Source of the DNA: Gammaproteobacteria bacterium
Lineage (GTDB): Bacteria; Pseudomonadota; Gammaproteobacteria; SZUA-140
Reading direction: 5' to 3'
Length of the DNA: 64,000 bases
Assembly: GCA_016712635.1 (NCBI GenBank)
Contig: JADJQS010000006.1
Span: forward strand, 511,216 to 575,215
Both the position numbers and the translations under genes were made by a program. Position 1 is the stretch's first letter. Each line of letters opens with the position of its first letter. Positions 30,350 to 39,610 of this stretch are shown one piece after another. The notes beneath the pieces were generated by a model. It had not been told where the DNA came from. It made no database searches and saw only the letters and a program-made list of their open reading frames with translations.

Positions 30350-31303
30350 TTATGTGAGAATATCGTCATCGCTATTCTTCAAATATTCGAATGATTTCCT
30401 AATGCCATCCTCTAACTTGATAAGTTCTCTTTTTAACATCGATCTCATTATCGAGTTATCAGGCTTTCTTCGCGACATATCGCCTTCCTTCAATGGAGGG
30501 TAGTGTACAATCCTTGATCTTGAGTTTGTGATTTTCAAAACGAGCTTGGCCAGTTCTAAAATGGTGATTTCATTATCACTGCCGACATTCACCACGTCGT
30601 TTATACACAAATCGTTGGTGATAACGGTTTCGGTAAAATCAAGATTATCGTCAATGTAGCAGAATGTTCGTGTTTGTGAGCCATCACCATAAATGATCAA
30701 ATCCTCATTTCTTGACGCCCAATAGATAAATCTTGAAACGACAAAATCCTTGCTTTGAAGAGGCCCATATGTGTTGAAGAATCTGAAGATTGTGTACTTC
30801 AATCCATATTCTTTCTCATAAGTGCGGCAAAACGCCTCGCCGATATTCTTAACGATCGCATAAGGGAGCCTGGAATTCAGCGGTGTGGTTGCTTCTCTTT
30901 GTGGAATCTCAACCGGCTCACCATAGACTTCAGAGGAAGATGAGTATATGACACGTTCTACTCCCGTATTTTTTGCCAAGTCCAGTATATTTTTAATTCC
31001 TTCTATATCGTTTAAGACTAGTTTGGGGTTGGTCAATGTGCGCTGGACACCCACTACTGCGGCATAATGAAAAATTAAATCGAAATTGCCAGAAATAACC
31101 ACTGGAGCGATGTCGTTAAAATCATTGACATTGGCCTTGATAAATTTCCAATTATTATATGTACGGTCTGGCAATTTACCGGCCATGCCCGTAGAGAGAT
31201 CGTCGACGATAACGACCTTGTATTCTTGGTTTTGTACAAGGCGTCTGGCCAAGCTTCCGCCAATGTTACCCGCGCCACCGGTTATTAGAATGTTTTTTCT
31301 CAT
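30350..31303 (-). CDS. NAD-dependent epimerase/dehydratase (extended SDR; UDP-sugar 4-epimerase / UDP-glucuronate decarboxylase-like).
   Basis: ILITGGAGNIGGSLARRL Rossmann motif and a YxxxK-type catalytic region (YAIVKNIGE). 317 aa. Confidence 0.75.
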   Translation of the reverse strand: MRKNILITGGAGNIGGSLARRLVQNQEYKVVIVDDLSTGMAGKLPDRTYNNWKFIKANVNDFNDIAPVVISGNFDLIFHYAAVVGVQRTLTNPKLVLNDIEGIKNILDLAKNTGVERVIYSSSSEVYGEPVEIPQREATTPLNSRLPYAIVKNIGEAFCRTYEKEYGLKYTIFRFFNTYGPLQSKDFVVSRFIYWASRNEDLIIYGDGSQTRTFCYIDDNLDFTETVITNDLCINDVVNVGSDNEITILELAKLVLKITNSRSRIVHYPPLKEGDMSRRKPDNSIMRSMLKRELIKLEDGIRKSFEYLKNSDDDILT

Positions 31304-31467
31304 AATGTTTCCTGTTAATAGTTTATGGTTTTTCTCTTAACTCCAGTATGTACTTGTAGACTTTCATTGTCTCGGTGTACATCTTTTCGCGCTGAATTTT
31401 CCCGTCACAAGCTCTTTTCCCTTGCTACCGTATCCGAAGCGGATCGCCTGGCTTCCCGCCAGAATAC

Positions 31468-32457
31468 TCAGCTTCCTGCGAACGATTCAGGATCGTTGGG
31501 TGGTATCAACATCCCGCTCTCGTTATCAGCGACAATTTCAGGTATTGCGCTCACATTGGTTGCGATAACTGGCTTTCCTGAGGACATAGCTTCAAGTAGT
31601 ACTAGACCAAATCCCTCGGTAACTGAGGTTAGGGCAAATATATCGAATGCATTAATAACCAGAGGAATGTCTTGACGAAAGCCAGCCCAGATCACATGAT
31701 CCTTGAGTCCAAGCTTCTCAGAGTGACTTCTTAGCTTTTCGTGAAGCGGACCTGATCCCACGATTACTAGTTTTGTCTTGGGGGTAGTCACCTGATTTAT
31801 GAATTTGGCATAACCGGTTAGCATGACGTCGATTGCTTTGGCTGGCACCAAGCGTGCTACGCTTCCAATTAATAATGTCGGGCCGTTGCCCCCCCACTCA
31901 GCGCGGAGATTTTCTACTTTTTCTCGATCAACATTCTGGAAGCAGTGAGGATTAAGACCATAATGTACTACAGTGATTCGCCGGTTGGTTGAGGCTGGCC
32001 AGCGCTTTGAGTAGTATCGTTTGACTGAATCCGAGATCGCGATGATCCCGTCTGCACGACTGACCACCCACCTTTCAAGCATGTTTGCTCCCGGACCACC
32101 ATAAAAACGAGATTCGTTATGCCTCGAGATCAGGAATGGCAACTGCGGGGATTTCAATAATGCAATGCGAGCGTATAATTCGGCGGGCGCCAAATGAGCA
32201 TGAACGATATGAGGAGCGAAACTTGCAATCGCATTTTTGAGTCTCCAAAGAGGCCCGAGTTCCCCGTACTGCGATAATCCCAGAGGAAAGACGTGCACCC
32301 CAAGACTCTCTAGTTCTGCTTTCCAATAGCCATCACCCTTTAGATATGCGCAAGCGACTTCGCAGCCAAAATTCCTGATTTGTCCTTCGATCAAATCTCG
32401 TAGATGATTCTCTGCGCCGCCGCGGTTTATCGTTGTAATAATATGCAATATTCTCAT
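31468..32457 (-). CDS. GT4-family glycosyltransferase.
   Basis: MRILHIITTINRGGAENHL N-terminus and EGFGLVLLEAMSSGKPVIATNVSAIPEIV C-terminal motif. Confidence 0.8.
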   Translation of the reverse strand: MRILHIITTINRGGAENHLRDLIEGQIRNFGCEVACAYLKGDGYWKAELESLGVHVFPLGLSQYGELGPLWRLKNAIASFAPHIVHAHLAPAELYARIALLKSPQLPFLISRHNESRFYGGPGANMLERWVVSRADGIIAISDSVKRYYSKRWPASTNRRITVVHYGLNPHCFQNVDREKVENLRAEWGGNGPTLLIGSVARLVPAKAIDVMLTGYAKFINQVTTPKTKLVIVGSGPLHEKLRSHSEKLGLKDHVIWAGFRQDIPLVINAFDIFALTSVTEGFGLVLLEAMSSGKPVIATNVSAIPEIVADNESGMLIPPNDPESFAGS

Positions 32458-32551
32458 GATAAATAGCCTTATCTCCTGTTTCTATATTAGTATAAATCAT
32501 AAGACGATGTCATTGTGCTGATCAAGATTTGCACGGCAACGAGATAAGAAC

Positions 32552-33397
32552 ATGCAGATTCCTTGGTGGGCGAAACTCTGTGCAAAAATGGCTCTATCTA
32601 GATTGCCATTTGGGTATTCCGTCTGGCAGAAACTTGGTCTGTTCCGGCATGGCAATATGGATGCTGGTGAGTATGCAATCCGGATTTTTCAAAGCCATAT
32701 GGAGAAATCGTGTTTTCAACAACGGCTTGCTGGAAAGACAATTCTAGAACTAGGTCCGGGTGACAGTCTCGCGACCGCAATAATTGCCGCAGGATATGGC
32801 GCGCGGTCTATACTCATTGATAGTGGTCGGTTTATACGTAAGGATATCAACTCCTATGTTGAATTAGTGGGCGCGCTTGCCAAGAGAAACTTGCCTCACA
32901 TAGACATCTCATGCTGTCGTGATGTAGATGAAATTCTTGAACTGTGCAATTCCAGGTATATGACAGAGGGGTTGGACAGCCTCAGAATGATCGAAAAGGA
33001 ATCAGTAGACCTAATTTTCTCCCAAGCCGTGCTTGAACATATAAGAAGATACGATTTTCTGGAGACAATGAGAGAATGCCGTAGAATCCTCCGGGAAGGC
33101 GGGGTCTGTTCGCACCAAGTTGATCTTCGCGATCATCTGGGTGGATCCCTGAATAATCTGCGCTTCAGTGAACGGGTCTGGGAGTCTGCTTTTTTTTCAA
33201 AGTCAGGATTCTATACCAACCGGATCCAATACAGCGAAATGATTGGGCTATTTGCGCAGGCTGGTTTTAAAGTTGAAGTAACCGATATCTGTCGTTGGGA
33301 CACACCGCCAACTCGGAGAAGCCGGCTTTCTACGGAGTTCATCAGAATACCGGATGAAGAACTGTGTATATCTATGTTCGACGTATTGCTACGCTAA
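32552..33397 (+). CDS. Class I SAM-dependent methyltransferase.
   Basis: ILELGPGDS motif I, DLIFSQAVLEHI. Confidence 0.7.
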   Translation: MQIPWWAKLCAKMALSRLPFGYSVWQKLGLFRHGNMDAGEYAIRIFQSHMEKSCFQQRLAGKTILELGPGDSLATAIIAAGYGARSILIDSGRFIRKDINSYVELVGALAKRNLPHIDISCCRDVDEILELCNSRYMTEGLDSLRMIEKESVDLIFSQAVLEHIRRYDFLETMRECRRILREGGVCSHQVDLRDHLGGSLNNLRFSERVWESAFFSKSGFYTNRIQYSEMIGLFAQAGFKVEVTDICRWDTPPTRRSRLSTEFIRIPDEELCISMFDVLLR

Positions 33398-34543
33398 CTA
33401 TGATTCTCCGTATATGAAAGCAAACAGAGAAAAAAAACTTCTGTACTATATAACAGAAGACTGGTATTTCGTTTCTCATCGACTTCCATTGGCGATTTCT
33501 GCAAAGAATGCTGGATACGATGTTTGCATCGTGACGCGTGTGAGAAACTACGGAAATATTATACGTTCCTCTGGATTAAAACTCATTCCTTTTGAAAATT
33601 CACGAAGCAGTATAAATCCTCTGAGAGAACTTCTGACCCTGTTCAGGTTGATTGCATTGTTTATGCGCGAAAAGCCGGATATCGTTCACAACGTTGCCAT
33701 AAAACCCGTTCTGTACGGTGGAATAGCCGCACGCTTGGTTAAGACACCACAAGTAGTCAATGCGCTCGCGGGCATGGGTTGATATTCGCATCTAGCACCG
33801 GCTTGGCCCGCTGGATTAAGCCTGCAGCTCGCCAAATGCTCAGGTTCGTGCTTACCTCTGGAACCGTACTAGTACAGAATCAAGATGACGCAGCATTTCT
33901 AACCCAGATAGGTGTGCCTCGGGCGAATATACGACGTATCGCTGGTGCCGGGGTTGATCTGACACTGTTCCACGCAAGCCCCGAGAAGACTGGATTGATT
34001 ACGGTTGTTCTACCAGCACGATTGCTCTGGGATAAAGGCGTGGGGGAGTTTGTCGAGGCTGCGCGCATCATCAGAAAGCAGGGAATAAACGCGCATTTTG
34101 CGCTTGCAGGAGAATCCGACCATGCCAATCCCGCATCGGTCTCACCGAAGACTATTGCTGAGTGGGTTTTGGAAGGAGTTGTTGACCATCTCGGGTGGGT
34201 TGAAAACATGCCGTCTCTATTTGCTCAGAGCCATATAGTATGCTTGCCTTCGTATTATGGTGAAGGAATCCCGAAATCGCTGATTGAGGCTGCAGCGTCT
34301 GGACGGCCTATCGTCACGACCGATATGCCAGGATGTCGTGAGATCGTCCGGCATAATGAAAATGGATTTCTGGTCCCCCCCCGCAATGCTAAAGCACTCG
34401 CGAAAGCGCTGGTGCGCCTAATAGAAGACCCCGTGCTTCGACAACAGATGGGGGCGCAGAGTCGCATTCGCGCCGAGAAAGAGTACGGAGTGGAAACAGT
34501 CAATCGGCAGACGCTAGCACTCTATGAGGAGGCTCTGAGTTGA
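33354..34543 (+). pseudogene. WbuB-like GT4 glycosyltransferase interrupted by one frameshift at about 33775-33782 (ORFs 33354-33782 and 33779-34543).
   Basis: ..NALAGMG* in one frame continues as IFASSTGLARW.. in the next, matching the conserved GLGY(I)F block of this GT subfamily. The C-terminus has EGIPKSLIEAAASGRPIVTTDMPGCREIV. Confidence 0.55.
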
Positions 34544-35505
34544 GGGTGTTAGTTACCGGTGCTACTGGGTTTGTCGGTTCTTCATTGGTAGACCAGCTGG
34601 TTCGTGATGGGATTCACGATGTCAGGGTTGCATTGAGGAGAGACAGGCCTAGTTTGAGCGATCAAGTTGAGCATGTCATCGTCGGTGAAGTCGCCGGGGA
34701 AACAGTTTGGCGACAGGCGCTGCGCGGTATCGATACAGTGATTCATCTCGCCGCCCGGGTACACGTCATGACAGACAGCGTAGCGAATTCTTCCGCAGAA
34801 TATCACCGCGTAAATGTTGATGGCACCCTTAACCTCGTTCGCCAGGCAGTAGATGCTGACGTCAAGCGTATTATTTATCTGAGCTCAATCAAGGTGAACG
34901 GGGAAGAGACATTGGCAGGCCAGCCGTACTATGCAGATGATCAACCTTCGCCAGCAGGATCATATGCTGTATCCAAATATCGAGCAGAGGAAGGGATCCG
35001 TCGATTAATTTCGGGGGCTGATATGAGTGCTGTAATAATTCGCCCTACTTTGGTATACGGAGCTGGAGTGAAGGGAAATTTTCTCAACATGATGCACTGG
35101 CTATCCCGCGGTATACCTATGCCTTTAGGATCGATTCACAATAGCCGCAGCCTTGTAGCGCTCGATAATTTGGTAGATCTAATTATCAAATGTATTGAGC
35201 ATCCTGCAGCTGCAGATCAAGTATTCCTCGCTGGAGATGGCGAGGACTTATCCACTACAGAACTTCTTCGACGGCTTGGGGGTTTTCTTGGCAAACCCGC
35301 CCGTCTCGTGCCGTTTCCACATGCGGTCTTGAACATGATTGCTCGCGTATCCGGAAGACGTGATGTTGCACAACGATTGCTGACCTCGCTACAGATCGAT
35401 ATCAGGAAAAACTGGGAAATCCTCGGCTGGAAACCGCCGGTCACTCTGAATCAGGGTTTGGAAACTGTCACACGCTGGTACTTAAATGAATCACGAAGTT
35501 ACTGA
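34540..35505 (+). CDS. NAD-dependent epimerase/dehydratase (WbpV/WbpK-like UDP-sugar epimerase or reductase).
   Basis: VLVTGATGFVGSSLVDQL Rossmann, YAVSKYRAE catalytic YxxxK. Position before wbpL-wbpM as in Pseudomonas O-antigen loci. Confidence 0.75.
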   Translation: MRVLVTGATGFVGSSLVDQLVRDGIHDVRVALRRDRPSLSDQVEHVIVGEVAGETVWRQALRGIDTVIHLAARVHVMTDSVANSSAEYHRVNVDGTLNLVRQAVDADVKRIIYLSSIKVNGEETLAGQPYYADDQPSPAGSYAVSKYRAEEGIRRLISGADMSAVIIRPTLVYGAGVKGNFLNMMHWLSRGIPMPLGSIHNSRSLVALDNLVDLIIKCIEHPAAADQVFLAGDGEDLSTTELLRRLGGFLGKPARLVPFPHAVLNMIARVSGRRDVAQRLLTSLQIDIRKNWEILGWKPPVTLNQGLETVTRWYLNESRSY

Positions 35506-35559
35506 GATAATGGCGAAAATAATCTTCAGTTGCATGCCCACTATTCAAGAGACATGTGA

Positions 35560-36744
35560 ATGATCATAGGCGTAATTCTCATCACGTTTTGTACGGCAGG
35601 ACTTGTAACTTATCTTCTGACACATGCTAGCGGTCGATTTCAGATAATAGATTACCCTAATAACCGCTCTCTTCATAGCACACCTATCCTACGTACTGGC
35701 GGACTGGCGATCTGGGCTGGGATGATCACTGGAACCGCAACTGTAGTCCTGATGCTTGAATGGAAGTACGAAATCGCATGGATTGCATGTGCGGCGACTG
35801 TCGTCGGACTTGTCTCGTTCTTCGATGACCGCGCACACGTCCCGGCATATATCAGATTAGCTATCCATCTCATCGCCGCTGCATTGTTATTGAGCGGACA
35901 GTTGGATCTGACATCGATTGAAATTCCTGGTATCAGCACCGAATTGGCCCTCGGAACAGGAATGTTGATTATTGCGCTGTTCATCACCTGGAATATCAAT
36001 CTGTACAACTTTATGGATGGAATGGACGGCATTGCAGGCGGCATGACGATAGCCGGTTTTGTAACTCTGGGGCTGCTCGGTCATCTCGCGGGCGATGACT
36101 ATTACGCGGTGATCTGCTGGGTAATCGCCGCCGCTTCTGCAGGTTTCCTGGTATGGAACTTCCCGCCTGCGCGGATATTCATGGGCGATGTCGGATCATC
36201 CACCTTGGGTCTGCTGGTTGCCGCGATGTCTCTATGGGCGGATCGGGCCGATCTTTTCCCGCTTTGGCTGTCCGTCCTCATCTTTTCTCCTTTTGTGGTT
36301 GACGCCACCCTGACGCTCGCGCGCCGGACCCTGAAAGGCGAACGCATCTGGGAGGCGCATCGCGATCATTACTACCAGCGCCTGGTCCGGGCGGGATGGA
36401 GCCATCGCCGTACTGTCTTGTGGGAATATGGCCTGATGGTGATATGCAGTGCCTGCGCACTGCTGGCCTTTCACGCGCCCGTGGTGATGCAATGGTCGAT
36501 CCTGGGGGCGATGGCGTGCGTTTATATTGCAGCGATAGTTGCGGTGCGCCGTATCGAGGTGCGTAGAGCGATCGGGCAGGGTTCAGAAGTTCCTCGTAGC
36601 TCATACGTGGAGGATTTTTGGATGGAAACCCTACTGGGCAATCTATCGTGTTCTACTGAAGTATTAGTCCGAATATCCAATATCCCTTCGTTTCAGATTC
36701 AAATTAACATCCGGGTTGTATTGCAGTACAATACGCGCCACTGA
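35560..36744 (+). CDS. wbpL: Undecaprenyl-phosphate HexNAc-1-phosphate transferase (WbpL/WecA, MraY-like GT family). The C-terminal end of the model is uncertain.
   Basis: Multi-TM. NLYNFMDGMDGIAGG and FMGDVGSSTLG motifs. Confidence 0.8.
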   Translation: MIIGVILITFCTAGLVTYLLTHASGRFQIIDYPNNRSLHSTPILRTGGLAIWAGMITGTATVVLMLEWKYEIAWIACAATVVGLVSFFDDRAHVPAYIRLAIHLIAAALLLSGQLDLTSIEIPGISTELALGTGMLIIALFITWNINLYNFMDGMDGIAGGMTIAGFVTLGLLGHLAGDDYYAVICWVIAAASAGFLVWNFPPARIFMGDVGSSTLGLLVAAMSLWADRADLFPLWLSVLIFSPFVVDATLTLARRTLKGERIWEAHRDHYYQRLVRAGWSHRRTVLWEYGLMVICSACALLAFHAPVVMQWSILGAMACVYIAAIVAVRRIEVRRAIGQGSEVPRSSYVEDFWMETLLGNLSCSTEVLVRISNIPSFQIQINIRVVLQYNTRH

Positions 36745-36797
36745 AGCTTCAATAATAAAAAAACCCAAACCAAATCAGTCAGTACGGTTGGGATTAT

Positions 36798-38681
36798 ATG
36801 GTCCAAGAGGAAAAGGCTTTGGCAGCAAGACGCCGTGTGGCAATTGTTGTACATGATATAAGCATGGTCGCGGCTGCCTGGTTTCTGGCATACCTGACCC
36901 GCTATAACTTCAATATTCCAGCAGTAGTCTGGCCCATCCTGGGGCAAACCCTGCCCTTGGTATTGGCGATACAGGGTCTGATCCTGTGGCGTTTCGGCCT
37001 CTACCGCGGGGTGTGGCGTTTCGCCAGCATACCCGACCTGTGGAACATCATCCGGGCCGTGGCGATCGGTGTATTCATCGTCGCTCTGGTGGAATTCCTG
37101 GTCAACCGGCTGGAAGGCATACCCCGCACGATACTCCTGCTCTACCCGGTATACCTCGTGCTTTTCCTGGGTGCGCCGCGCCTGACTTATCGCATCTGGA
37201 AAGATTACCGCCTCGGCTTACTGAACGGTGCCGACCGCAAGCGGGTGCTGATCCTGGGCGCCGGCCGGGCAGGGGAGATGCTGGCCCGCGACATGCGGCG
37301 CGACGGGAGCTACCAGCCGATCGGCTTCCTTGACGATCAACCCTCCCTCAGAGGATCCAAGGTGCACGACCTGCCGGTGCTGGGCGTAATCGAACGCCTG
37401 CCCGAAGTCGTCCATAGTCATGCCCTGGATCTGGTCATCATCGCGCTGCCATCGGCGACCAATAACCAGATGCGGCGGGTGGTGGAGATCTGCGAGCGGG
37501 CGGAGGTTGAATTCCGCACACTGCCGCGCCTGCAGGACCTGGTCTCGGGGCAGCCCACCGTCTCCGAGCTGCGCGAGGTCAAGATCGAAGACCTGCTCGG
37601 ACGCACGCCTATCACCCTGGACTGGAACCGCATCAGCAAGGGCCTGGCCGGACAGACGGTGCTGGTGAGCGGCGGCGGCGGGTCGATCGGCTCCGAGCTG
37701 TGCCGCCAGATCGCGCGCCTGCGGCCCGCCGCCCTGGTCCTGTTCGAGAACAACGAGTACAACCTGTTCGAGATCGAGCGCGAGCTGCGCGGCAAGCATC
37801 CCAACCTGGTGCTGCACGCCTATCTCGGCGACGTGCGCGACCGTGCCTCGGTGGTGCGCGCCTTTGAACGCTTCCAGCCCCAGGTCGTTTTCCATGCCGC
37901 CGCCTACAAGCATGTCCCCATGCTGGAATCCCAGGCCCGGGAGGCGGTGCGCAACAACGTGCTCGGCACCCGCCTGATGGCGCAGACCGCCGACCGTTTC
38001 GGCTGTAACGCCTTTGTCATGATCTCCACCGACAAGGCCGTGAACCCGGCCAACGTCATGGGCGCAACCAAGCGGGTGGCGGAGATCTACTGCCAGGCCT
38101 TCGCCCAGCGTTCGCGCACCCGCTTCATCACGGTGCGCTTCGGCAACGTCCTCGGCTCCGCCGGGAGTGTGATCCCGATCTTCCAGCAGCAGATCAAGGC
38201 CGGCGGGCCGGTGACCGTGACCCACCCGGACATCACGCGCTACTTCATGACCATTCCGGAGGCGGCGCAGCTCATCATGCAGGCGGCGGTAATGGGCGAG
38301 GGCGGGGAGATCTTCGTGCTCGACATGGGCGAGCCGGTCCGGATCGGATACCTGGCCGAGCAGATGGTCCGCCTGTCCGGCAAGACCCCCGGCGAGGACA
38401 TAGAAATCGTCTATACCGGGCTCCGGCCCGGCGAAAAATTCTACGAGGAATTGTTTTACGCGCAGGAGCAATATAAATCCACCGGGCATGATAAAATCCT
38501 GCTCGCGCATTCCGTCGTGGTGGACTGGCCCCTCCTGACGGCCGACGTGCGCGCAATCGAGGAAGCGGTGGAGCAGTATGATGAGGGGGAGGTTCACCGC
38601 CTGCTCGAACGGATTGTACCTGAGCTCGCCGCTCAACAATCGGTTTCCAATGTCATCCCCTTCGAACGTGCGAGCGTATGA
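36798..38681 (+). CDS. wbpM: Membrane-anchored UDP-GlcNAc 4,6-dehydratase (WbpM/CapD/PglF family).
   Basis: N-terminal 4-5 TM, then VLVSGGGGSIGSELCRQ Rossmann and MISTDKAVNPANVMGATKR. 627 aa. Confidence 0.85.
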   Translation: MVQEEKALAARRRVAIVVHDISMVAAAWFLAYLTRYNFNIPAVVWPILGQTLPLVLAIQGLILWRFGLYRGVWRFASIPDLWNIIRAVAIGVFIVALVEFLVNRLEGIPRTILLLYPVYLVLFLGAPRLTYRIWKDYRLGLLNGADRKRVLILGAGRAGEMLARDMRRDGSYQPIGFLDDQPSLRGSKVHDLPVLGVIERLPEVVHSHALDLVIIALPSATNNQMRRVVEICERAEVEFRTLPRLQDLVSGQPTVSELREVKIEDLLGRTPITLDWNRISKGLAGQTVLVSGGGGSIGSELCRQIARLRPAALVLFENNEYNLFEIERELRGKHPNLVLHAYLGDVRDRASVVRAFERFQPQVVFHAAAYKHVPMLESQAREAVRNNVLGTRLMAQTADRFGCNAFVMISTDKAVNPANVMGATKRVAEIYCQAFAQRSRTRFITVRFGNVLGSAGSVIPIFQQQIKAGGPVTVTHPDITRYFMTIPEAAQLIMQAAVMGEGGEIFVLDMGEPVRIGYLAEQMVRLSGKTPGEDIEIVYTGLRPGEKFYEELFYAQEQYKSTGHDKILLAHSVVVDWPLLTADVRAIEEAVEQYDEGEVHRLLERIVPELAAQQSVSNVIPFERASV

Positions 38682-39559
38682 CTTACAAGGTTACCAAGGC
38701 CGTATTCCCCGTGGCGGGAATGGGCACCCGCTTCCTTCCGGCCACCAAGGCCAATCCGAAGGAGATGCTCCCGATCGTCGACAAGCCGCTGATCCAGTAC
38801 GCCGCGGAAGAGGCGATCGCGGCCGGGATCAAGCAGCTGATCTTCGTCACCAGCAGCGCCAAGCGCTCCATTGAAGACCATTTCGACAAGAACTACGAAC
38901 TCGAATCCGAACTGATCGCGCGCAACAAGCGCAACCTGTTGCGCATGGTGCAGGACATCCTGCCCAATGGCGTTTCCTGCGCCTACATCCGCCAGCCCGA
39001 GGCGCTGGGACTCGGACACGCGGTGCTGTGCGCCCGCCCTGTGGTCGGCAACGAGCCTTTCGCGGTGATCCTCGCCGACGACCTGATCGACAACGGGAAC
39101 CACAGCTGCCTGTCGCAGATGGTGGACCTGTTTTCGGAGCGCGGCTGCAGCCTGCTGGGCGTGGAACAGATCGATCCGGCCGAGACGGACAAGTACGGCA
39201 TCATCACACCCAGGCCCTTGTCAGAGCGTATTTACCAGGCGGAGGCCATCGTGGAAAAGCCGCGTCCGGACGAGGCGCCGTCGGCGCTGGCGGTGGTCGG
39301 CCGCTACATCCTGACTCCCGGGATCTTCGATTACCTTGAGAACCTCGGCAAGGGGACCGGCGGCGAGATACAGCTCACTGACGCCATCGCACAGCTGATG
39401 GGCAGCGAAACGGTGCTGGCTTACGAATTCGACGGCATACGCTACGACTGCGGCAGCAAGCTCGGCTACCTCCAGGCGACGGTCGAATATGCCCTCAAGC
39501 ATCCCGACCTGCAGCAGCCGTTCCGCGAATACCTGCAGAAATTCAGCCTGATGGAATGA
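38678..39559 (+). CDS. galU: UTP-glucose-1-phosphate uridylyltransferase.
   Basis: KAVFPVAGMGTRFLPATKANPKEMLPIVDKPLIQY. Confidence 0.9.
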   Translation: MTYKVTKAVFPVAGMGTRFLPATKANPKEMLPIVDKPLIQYAAEEAIAAGIKQLIFVTSSAKRSIEDHFDKNYELESELIARNKRNLLRMVQDILPNGVSCAYIRQPEALGLGHAVLCARPVVGNEPFAVILADDLIDNGNHSCLSQMVDLFSERGCSLLGVEQIDPAETDKYGIITPRPLSERIYQAEAIVEKPRPDEAPSALAVVGRYILTPGIFDYLENLGKGTGGEIQLTDAIAQLMGSETVLAYEFDGIRYDCGSKLGYLQATVEYALKHPDLQQPFREYLQKFSLME

Positions 39560-39566
39560 AGAAGCG

Positions 39567-39597
39567 CGATGGGGACGGATCCAAATCCGCCCCCCAT
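39567..39597 (+). terminator. GGGGACGGAT-family hairpin after galU (imperfect palindrome gatggggacggatccaaatccgccccccatc).
   Basis: Read directly. No T-run, so it may be a REP-like or convergent terminator for galU/rne. Confidence 0.45.
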
Positions 39598-39610
39598 CGC
39601 GCCTGATACC

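Noticed and set aside
21973-34543. Programmed ribosomal frameshifting as the explanation for the split GT4 genes.
   Set aside because: No slippery heptamer (X XXY YYZ) or downstream pseudoknot was seen at the junctions. Pseudogenes or sequencing indels are more parsimonious.
21121-35500. Prophage or integrative element as the origin of the AT-rich island.
   Set aside because: No integrase, transposase, tRNA or phage structural genes are present. Its content is exclusively polysaccharide biosynthesis, typical of O-antigen cassette exchange by homologous recombination in flanking genes.
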